From Oligoflexus sp. (GTDB lineage: Bacteria > Bdellovibrionota_B > Oligoflexia > Oligoflexales > Oligoflexaceae): 29,978 bases of DNA. Below are positions 23,688-29,978 of the stretch, one piece after another. The translations under genes and the position numbers were made by a program. Below the pieces are notes generated by a model. It made no database searches, was not told the DNA's origin, and saw only the letters and a list, made by a program, of their open reading frames with translations. Numbering within the stretch: position 1 is the stretch's first letter; each line of letters opens with the position of its first letter. The stretch spans positions 1-29,978 of the forward strand of contig JBGSTX010000110.1 in assembly GCA_041736305.1 (NCBI GenBank), given 5' to 3'.

Positions 23688-26402
23688 TCAGTAGCGGCGC
23701 CCCCAGCGAAACATTGCAGTACCCTTATTTTCATGACTTTCTTCATCAGTTTCGGCAGTCGTTTCAAATGACCAGTTTTCTGTAAGCCTTTTGCGCATGC
23801 CTACGCTTTGATTGAGGCCTTCAATGTCTGAGCCTACCGAAAGCGATAAGGTCTTACCGAGGCGCACACGCGCACGAAAAACACCTGTATGAGGATTGTA
23901 TCCCACGCTATCGATAGGTGTCGAAGCCAGATAATACATAGAGAGCAGGCCAACGGCACCGTCGACCATTGCGGCGCGGGTTTCTTCGACTGAACGAAGG
24001 TTGTCTTCGTCTAGTGAATCGGAGCTACCGCCAAACAGCACCATCGATAAAAGCTCGGAAGAACTGCGGGGTGGCTGGCTTTCGAACGAGTAAAAAGGCT
24101 GAGAGACGGTACCCGAGAGTTTGAGGTCTATTCTGAAATCAGGGTCCCGAAAAACTAAAAGGCCATCCAAAGAAGGCGTTTCGATGGCTGGATCAAATAC
24201 AACCTTCAGGTGATCGATATGAGCCTTCTTTTTAAGGAAGCTGACTTCATAATCTTCAATCGATACCGTGCCAGAATTTGTCGGCTTATCACCTTTAAGT
24301 ACTAGATCGATTCCGATGGGGATAGGATTCTTCACCAAGTGACTCGCTAACTGGAGAGGGCGCCCTCGGGGAGTAGAGATTTTAATATCGAGCTCTACGG
24401 GTAAAGGCACCGGCTCAGGGTTCAAGGCGGCTTCCGTCAGCTCGGCAATGCGTTTGTCTGGAAGAATTTGCGGAACTGGTTCATCAAGCGAAACTTTCGG
24501 GAGTTGAAAGGTCACCTTTTCTAGATTGACAGTCATCTGGATAAGAGGCTTTTGCTGGCCTCGCGTCTGCACCAGACCGTCAGCTTTTATCCACATTGTC
24601 TGAGTCGATGAATCGAGCTCACTTGCACAGGAGATTGGGAGATAGAGCATTTGATCTTCAAGTTTAATGCGCCCTTGCGCACCGCATTGAATACGTCCAT
24701 CGAAGGTATTGAAAGGCGCAGGAATTGAAAAATCAGTGTTTGCAAAGCGCTTGACGGCTGACTGAAAGCTCCCCAGAACTATGCGGGTATCAATGTTCGC
24801 CGTACCGGCAAAAGATTGCTGAGGCCCAAAGAGAACGCCGCTCAGACTGATATCGGTCTTGCCGTTCAGCTGATAAACTTCGCTCTTCAAGGGCTCCAGG
24901 ATAACGCTGATAGGCGCTGTAAACTGTGGGGCATCGTTCCAAGCCTGGATAGTGAAAGGCCCCTTGATGCTCAAGCTGGCGGTACGCGGCAAGAGGTCTT
25001 GAAACGGCTGCTCTGCCGGTGCTGGCACGCGAGTCAATGCTATCGCGCAGTCGAGAGCAGACTCGAGAAATGGTCGACGCTTTTCGCCGAAAGCTCCTTG
25101 AAGCTGACAGCGGGGCAGAGCGATTTTCTCAAGAGTTTTGTGGGGATTCGTCACCTGTCCATTCAGATTAATCTCGAAGCGTTCACCGGCCAGTTTTCCT
25201 TGGGATTTAGCCGTAAAAACCGAAGGGCCATAGTTGTACGATGCATTAAGGTCGTAATTGCCATCCTCTAAACTTGTTAAAATCACTTTACCATTCAAGC
25301 TAGCATTTCCCAGTTTAGCCAGATTGGCTTTACCTTTGATAGTGGCGTCGAGTGGCAGGTAACCCTCTACCGCTGGTATTTTCATGCCGAGATCAAGATT
25401 CACGCTTTGCAGGGGGACGCCTTTGACCTTGTCCAGATTCATAGCTACGTTCAGTGTGCTTTCGTTAGGCTTACTGATGCTGAGCTTGGCGCGTCCCTCG
25501 ACGCTTGGCTCACCCGGCCGATGAATAGCGAAAGAATTCCAGCTTATCTCGCTCGGCTGCAGCCTAATTTTTTTAATTTGCTCCATCCAACGGCTTTGTT
25601 CGGCCATCGGAGGGGGATTCTGCGGCTGTTGAGGTGGATTCGTCTCGGGTGCTTTTAAATTTATATTTAAAGACTCGCCTTGAACGAGGATAGGCCCTAG
25701 GCTGCGGACAACTATCCCCTTTTCATCCAGACTGAAGTCGACACGGCCTTCAGCGTGGGGGAGATCCATCTGCATTGGATCGAGATCGACCCGTAGTTTG
25801 TCGACTAATAAGCCTAGCGTCCAAACTCGTTCCAGATCAGTCTTGCTCAAGCGAATATCGACCTTGCTTGTGATCGGGCGTTCTTGGTAAGGAGTGAAAA
25901 CTATCTCGTCAAATGAGATATGAACAGGATCAAGGCGCAATGCGTCGAGCCAACGAATCCATTTTCCTTCCAAGGTGAATGGCTCACTTGCAGGATCAGG
26001 TGCGCTAGCCCGCATATTGAATTTGCCATTTAAAACATCGATTGGCCCCAGCCTTGTCACTCCTAAATGAGTGGGGTTTAGATCAAAGAACAGTTGCAGA
26101 GATAAGTAGGGGATTTCAATCTCGATATTTTCCATACGCAACTGGAATCCTCGGCTCTTTACCGTCAGGTTTCGGTGAAAAAAGGATTCCTTCTTGAACT
26201 CGGGATTCAAGCTTTCGAATGTCAAATCTATTCCCATGGGACTCAAGATGCGCGTCGACGCCCATCGCAACGAAGCTTCGTTAATGAACCACTGTGGCTC
26301 GAGAAGGACAATGTACAGAAGAACACAAACGGTCATGCTCAAACTCAGCAGTGCCGTGAGAATGATGCCGAAGGTTTTTAGTAGCCTTTTAACGCTGAGC
26401 AT
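23688..26402 (-). CDS. tamB: TamB/AsmA-like translocation and assembly module protein
   Basis: N-terminal TM anchor, beta-rich body, C-terminal LSGTVSQP..FESQP...ELLSMVLFG; abuts an Omp85 gene. Confidence 0.72.
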   Translation of the reverse strand: MLSVKRLLKTFGIILTALLSLSMTVCVLLYIVLLEPQWFINEASLRWASTRILSPMGIDLTFESLNPEFKKESFFHRNLTVKSRGFQLRMENIEIEIPYLSLQLFFDLNPTHLGVTRLGPIDVLNGKFNMRASAPDPASEPFTLEGKWIRWLDALRLDPVHISFDEIVFTPYQERPITSKVDIRLSKTDLERVWTLGLLVDKLRVDLDPMQMDLPHAEGRVDFSLDEKGIVVRSLGPILVQGESLNINLKAPETNPPQQPQNPPPMAEQSRWMEQIKKIRLQPSEISWNSFAIHRPGEPSVEGRAKLSISKPNESTLNVAMNLDKVKGVPLQSVNLDLGMKIPAVEGYLPLDATIKGKANLAKLGNASLNGKVILTSLEDGNYDLNASYNYGPSVFTAKSQGKLAGERFEINLNGQVTNPHKTLEKIALPRCQLQGAFGEKRRPFLESALDCAIALTRVPAPAEQPFQDLLPRTASLSIKGPFTIQAWNDAPQFTAPISVILEPLKSEVYQLNGKTDISLSGVLFGPQQSFAGTANIDTRIVLGSFQSAVKRFANTDFSIPAPFNTFDGRIQCGAQGRIKLEDQMLYLPISCASELDSSTQTMWIKADGLVQTRGQQKPLIQMTVNLEKVTFQLPKVSLDEPVPQILPDKRIAELTEAALNPEPVPLPVELDIKISTPRGRPLQLASHLVKNPIPIGIDLVLKGDKPTNSGTVSIEDYEVSFLKKKAHIDHLKVVFDPAIETPSLDGLLVFRDPDFRIDLKLSGTVSQPFYSFESQPPRSSSELLSMVLFGGSSDSLDEDNLRSVEETRAAMVDGAVGLLSMYYLASTPIDSVGYNPHTGVFRARVRLGKTLSLSVGSDIEGLNQSVGMRKRLTENWSFETTAETDEESHENKGTAMFRWGRRY

Positions 26403-28192
26403 TAAAATTGCTCTCCTAAGCTAAAGTAGAATTGCCATTGCTCCAGACCTTCTTTTTCTTCTCTATTCTTCCCAGACACATAGCCATGCCCAGCCGTTAC
26501 CCGCAGTCCACCAATAGGTGATTCCCAGCGCATACCTAGGCCGGGAGACCAGTAGAGTCTAGGGTATAACTTGAGGTACTGTTCGCCAAGCCAGCCGAAG
26601 TCGGCGAAGATGAAGGGCTGCAGCTTGTAAGGAATCACATTATTTAGTCTGAGTTCACTACCGATATACGCGGCTGTCAAAGAACCCTCGGCCTCATCGC
26701 CTCCTTTCTCAGGCAGTGACCTTCTTTTAAAGCCCCTGAGATTTTCCGAGCCACCGAGGAATTGCTTGAATGAGAGAGGCAGTTCTTCCGCCTTTGTATC
26801 CCGCCCAGCCTCAGTCGTCGCAAAATTCCCGCGCAGACCCAAAATCCAGATTTCAGGATCCATATCCAGGAGGTTCCAAATTCGGGTAAAGTCGATGCTA
26901 TAGGTCAAAGCCGAAACGTCGGATGCAATGCTCTTTTCGCTCATCGATGCGTTGAGGTTGAGCTGATAGCCTTTTAGAGGGTTTGCCCGATAGTATTCAA
27001 AAAAGTTGCTTTCAAGACTGAGGCCGAGATCTAGAGTCAAAAGCCGCGTAGCCTTAGGTCCATTGCCCTGCACAGTGGATTCAAACTGGAGACCTGGACC
27101 CACGAAGTACTCAGCATGTAAGCCTGCAAAATCGCTCGTCCAGGCCGGTGTGCTCGAGACTTTTAATCGCAGTGACTCATAAGTTTCTACTTCGCGCTCG
27201 GCGCGGATAGAGGACTTTAGGTAGTGTCGAGTGGGAAAAGGTAAGTAGTACCAGTTGAAGCGAGTCTGCAGGACTTGAGAAACATAAGAAGCGGTAGCTA
27301 AGACATCAAGCGAGGAGGCGGTTTCCGAGAAACGCGTGTTGGTCCAAGAACCACGGACCTTGAACAGTTCCTCGGTGTCAAACCCAAAGCCAAAACTCAC
27401 GATCCGAGGCTTGCCGGCAAAAGTAATCTGTCTCACGGTGCCGGGCCTAGGCTCCTGGCATAGGGGGAGATACTGCGTGTTGATTACTGCTCCAGAAGCG
27501 CGGAGGCGTTCAGAAGAGAGTTCTAAAAGCATTGAATTATACCGATCACCCATATCGAAAGCATGGTAGCGATCGAGGATGCCGCCGCGGATATAAGGAA
27601 TAGGATCGGCATCGATTTTATCGATCGTCCAAAGCGGTCCCGTCTCAAGCGCGACGATTACTTCGCCAGTCTCAGGATCACCGACGCTTCTGATTTCGGG
27701 GCAGGGATACCCAAGTCGGCTCAATCTGGTTCCCACCCATTTTTCTATACCATCGAGTTCGGTGGGAGTGAGGGGCTTACCCCGCGGGAGCCAATACTTT
27801 TCAATCCTGAGGTCCTCTATAGGGGGCTGAGTGGAGAGTTCATTGATGAGAGTCGGGATCCCAGGCTGAACTGTCAGCTGCTCGCCTTCTATAGTGAAGA
27901 CCGGATGGTGATAGCCGCGAGCTTCAAGGAAATTCTGCATCAGAAACTGCGCCTGGCGCAGAGGAATCTGCTCCCAGGCTTCAATCCCTGAACTGCCGCA
28001 AAGGAGGCGTCGTTCTGTGCCGGTAAAATTGAGATCGTACTCATACGCTACAATTACGTTATCGCACAGCCTATTGATCTCGGTGTCAGCTTCCTGCGCC
28101 TGAGCAACTATCGCATGAGCAAAAACAAGGCAGGCTACTAGCCACTTGCGAGAACTGAAAAGAGTCGAAAATTTCCCTTCTGAGCCTAACAA
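26402..28192 (-). CDS. tamA: Omp85/TamA-BamA family outer membrane protein
   Basis: Signal peptide, POTRA-like region, FLGGSENLRGF, SPIGGLR, C-terminal FSLGEQF. Confidence 0.8.
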   Translation of the reverse strand: MLGSEGKFSTLFSSRKWLVACLVFAHAIVAQAQEADTEINRLCDNVIVAYEYDLNFTGTERRLLCGSSGIEAWEQIPLRQAQFLMQNFLEARGYHHPVFTIEGEQLTVQPGIPTLINELSTQPPIEDLRIEKYWLPRGKPLTPTELDGIEKWVGTRLSRLGYPCPEIRSVGDPETGEVIVALETGPLWTIDKIDADPIPYIRGGILDRYHAFDMGDRYNSMLLELSSERLRASGAVINTQYLPLCQEPRPGTVRQITFAGKPRIVSFGFGFDTEELFKVRGSWTNTRFSETASSLDVLATASYVSQVLQTRFNWYYLPFPTRHYLKSSIRAEREVETYESLRLKVSSTPAWTSDFAGLHAEYFVGPGLQFESTVQGNGPKATRLLTLDLGLSLESNFFEYYRANPLKGYQLNLNASMSEKSIASDVSALTYSIDFTRIWNLLDMDPEIWILGLRGNFATTEAGRDTKAEELPLSFKQFLGGSENLRGFKRRSLPEKGGDEAEGSLTAAYIGSELRLNNVIPYKLQPFIFADFGWLGEQYLKLYPRLYWSPGLGMRWESPIGGLRVTAGHGYVSGKNREEKEGLEQWQFYFSLGEQF

Positions 28193-28405
28193 AAAAAGAC
28201 CTCATTTTGGCATGTTTCAAGTGAGTCCTTAGGACCATCCGTTTCTCTGGCTAATCGTTCTAGCAAGAAAGCCGCGTCTGCGCAGCCCAAAACTAGGGAA
28301 AAGAGGCTGAAGTTTTCACCTTCTCAGGCCCTATTTAAGCGAGATTTTCATAGAAAGTGGATGAGAGAGGAATCGTAGGAACTGGAGAGGATGAGGGGGA
28401 GAGTC

Positions 28406-28424
28406 GGCGCAGTCTTGCTGCGCC
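28406..28424 (-). terminator. Hairpin after the DEAD-box helicase stop
   Basis: GGCGCAG-5nt-CTGCGCC, 12 bp after the stop; the tail is pyrimidine-rich rather than poly-U. Confidence 0.35.
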
Positions 28425-28436
28425 TCTGGCTTAGAC

Positions 28437-29669
28437 TTAGGAGCTTTGGAGCGTTCTTCTTATGGCCTGCACGGGGGCGAGTACTCTAGGAGTCATCGAT
28501 CCCAGTGTCTCCGACGCTACGATTGCTTCCTGTGGAAGGCCCAAAGCCCTTTTCACCTGTGGCCTGACGATTTCTGGGCTTCCTTGGACGCCTGAAAGGT
28601 GCAGGCGTGCGATCCGACGCCACTGGATGCGGTCGTCTGGAACGAGAAGGCAAATAGCCTCGCCACTTGCTCCGGCGCGCGCTGTACGACCGATGCGATG
28701 GACGTAGTCTTCTGGCGACTGGGGCAAATCATAATTGATAACGTGACCAATGTGGGGCACATCGATTCCGCGTGCAGCTATGTCTGTAGCAACCAGGATG
28801 CGATACTGGCCCGAACGAAACCCGGAGAGGGCAGCTTCGCGTTGGCTCTGGGTGCGGTCGCCGTGTATCCGCGCTACCGAATGACCATATTTCTGCAAGA
28901 ATTTTGCGAGACGGTCGGTGCGATGTTTGGTTCGTGCAAAGATAAGTATCCGACCGGAACGCGAGTTCAGCTGATCGAGGAGAACTTCGTTCTTCGCATC
29001 GTTGTTGGTCTCAACCACAGTGTGCTGAATGCGAGGCGCCTCGGCCTGAGTCGATTCAATCGTTACGCGCTGCGGATTCTTGAGATAACGAGCGGCGAGC
29101 TCCACGATATTAGGCGGCAAAGTCGCCGAGAAAAGGAGCGTCTGGCGATCAGCCGGCAGATGGGGAAGGATAGCTTTCAATTGGGGTGCAAAACCCATGT
29201 CGAGCATCCGGTCTGCTTCATCAAGTACAAGGAGTGCCGTCTGTGATAAGTGGACGGTACCCTGTTGAATATGGTCCACCAAGCGGCCAGGGGTGGCGAC
29301 GATGATGCGAGGCCTTTGAGCCAAAGCGCGTTTTTGCTTGAACATCGATGCCCCGCCGATCAGCAGTGCAACCCGTAGTTGGGGGGCGGCACTTACCAGT
29401 TTGGTTAGGACTTCGCCGATTTGCATCGCTAATTCACGCGTAGGCGCTAGAACTAAAGCTGTCTGCGTAGGCTGTTCGAGCAGTCTAGCGACAATGGGGA
29501 TCGAGAACGCCCCGGTTTTGCCCGAACCTGTCTGAGCGCAGCCGATCAGGTCTTGCTTAGCCAAGACTACGGGGATGGCTTTCTCTTGAATCGGGGTCGG
29601 AGTTGAAAAGCTCATCGCTTCCAGAGCGCGATGAAGAGCCGCGGGCAAGGGGAGATCATTAAATGTCAC
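28437..29669 (-). CDS. DEAD-box RNA helicase (RhlE-like)
   Basis: Q motif, AQTGSGKT, PTRELA, TPGRL, DEAD, SAT, ARGID, HRIGRTAR. Confidence 0.96.
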   Translation of the reverse strand: MTFNDLPLPAALHRALEAMSFSTPTPIQEKAIPVVLAKQDLIGCAQTGSGKTGAFSIPIVARLLEQPTQTALVLAPTRELAMQIGEVLTKLVSAAPQLRVALLIGGASMFKQKRALAQRPRIIVATPGRLVDHIQQGTVHLSQTALLVLDEADRMLDMGFAPQLKAILPHLPADRQTLLFSATLPPNIVELAARYLKNPQRVTIESTQAEAPRIQHTVVETNNDAKNEVLLDQLNSRSGRILIFARTKHRTDRLAKFLQKYGHSVARIHGDRTQSQREAALSGFRSGQYRILVATDIAARGIDVPHIGHVINYDLPQSPEDYVHRIGRTARAGASGEAICLLVPDDRIQWRRIARLHLSGVQGSPEIVRPQVKRALGLPQEAIVASETLGSMTPRVLAPVQAIRRTLQSS

Positions 29670-29870
29670 AGGTCTATCCTTTGTTAGGATGCGGACGAGC
29701 TAAACTCGAGACGAAAAATCCGCCCTATGACACTTAGGGTCGAGCTGGCTCATCAATAAGAGTATCTTACGGGAGGTGGATGAGGTCCACGAGAGGAAAT
29801 TTATTAATCCGCTCATTCTGCAGCATTCGCTTACAGAAGAGCGGATCTCGATTACATGATGAATGGAATC

Positions 29871-29978
29871 TTAGTAGCGGCTACGTCCACCGAAACCACC
29901 GCCGCGATTGCCGCCGCGGTCACGGCTGCCTTGACCGTAACCACCGCCGCCGCCGCCGCCGCCGCCGCCACCAATATC
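29871..29978 (-). CDS. C-terminal Gly/Arg-rich tail of a probable RRM RNA-binding protein (5' part outside the window)
   Basis: Translates DIGGGGGGGGGGGYGQGSRDRGGNRGGGFGGRSRY*; includes a (GGC)8 tract and RGG boxes. Confidence 0.7.
   Translation of the reverse strand, partial: DIGGGGGGGGGGGYGQGSRDRGGNRGGGFGGRSRY

Noticed and set aside
28599..29246. 215 aa antisense ORF, and similar ones (320-841, 15736-16155, 24816-25271, 27563-27991)
   Set aside because: Shadow frames of well-supported genes with no recognisable motifs.
29941..29972. (GCC)n tract as a phase-variable repeat
   Set aside because: An in-frame triplet encoding poly-Gly in an RGG tail; slippage would not shift the frame.

Overview
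Bacterial chromosomal window. The gene content (CheV, REC-PilZ, TamA/TamB-like, VKOR-DsbA, secreted hypotheticals) suggests Bdellovibrionota/Oligoflexia, but this is inference only. Left to right: (1) the 3' part of an IscB (OMEGA, IS200/IS605) element with an intact-looking HNH/RuvC-III, its right-end hairpin and an adjacent ATGA motif; (2) an SDR, then a lipoprotein plus His-motif outer-membrane protein pair that probably serves metal uptake; (3) a ~5.1 kb accessory islet (~3700-8875) ending at the 3' end of tRNA-Ala(GGC). The islet holds an AAA+/DUF4143 ATPase with no canonical start codon, a BrnT/BrnA toxin-antitoxin pair, gene remnants, and a hipB plus fused HipS-like/HipT-like kinase operon preceded by four palindromes spaced 40-41 bp apart; (4) core-like genes: VKOR-DsbA, unknown ORFs, gmhB, BFD-like, CPBP, cheV, REC-PilZ, Cys-His secreted protein, rlmD, kynA, dapC-like, nhaR-like LysR, gstA, alpha/beta hydrolase, degenerate His-phosphatase, tamB/tamA-like, a DEAD-box helicase with a structured leader, and the Gly-rich tail of a probable RNA-binding protein. 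No CRISPR array was found. All family calls come from motif recognition by eye; no database searches were run.
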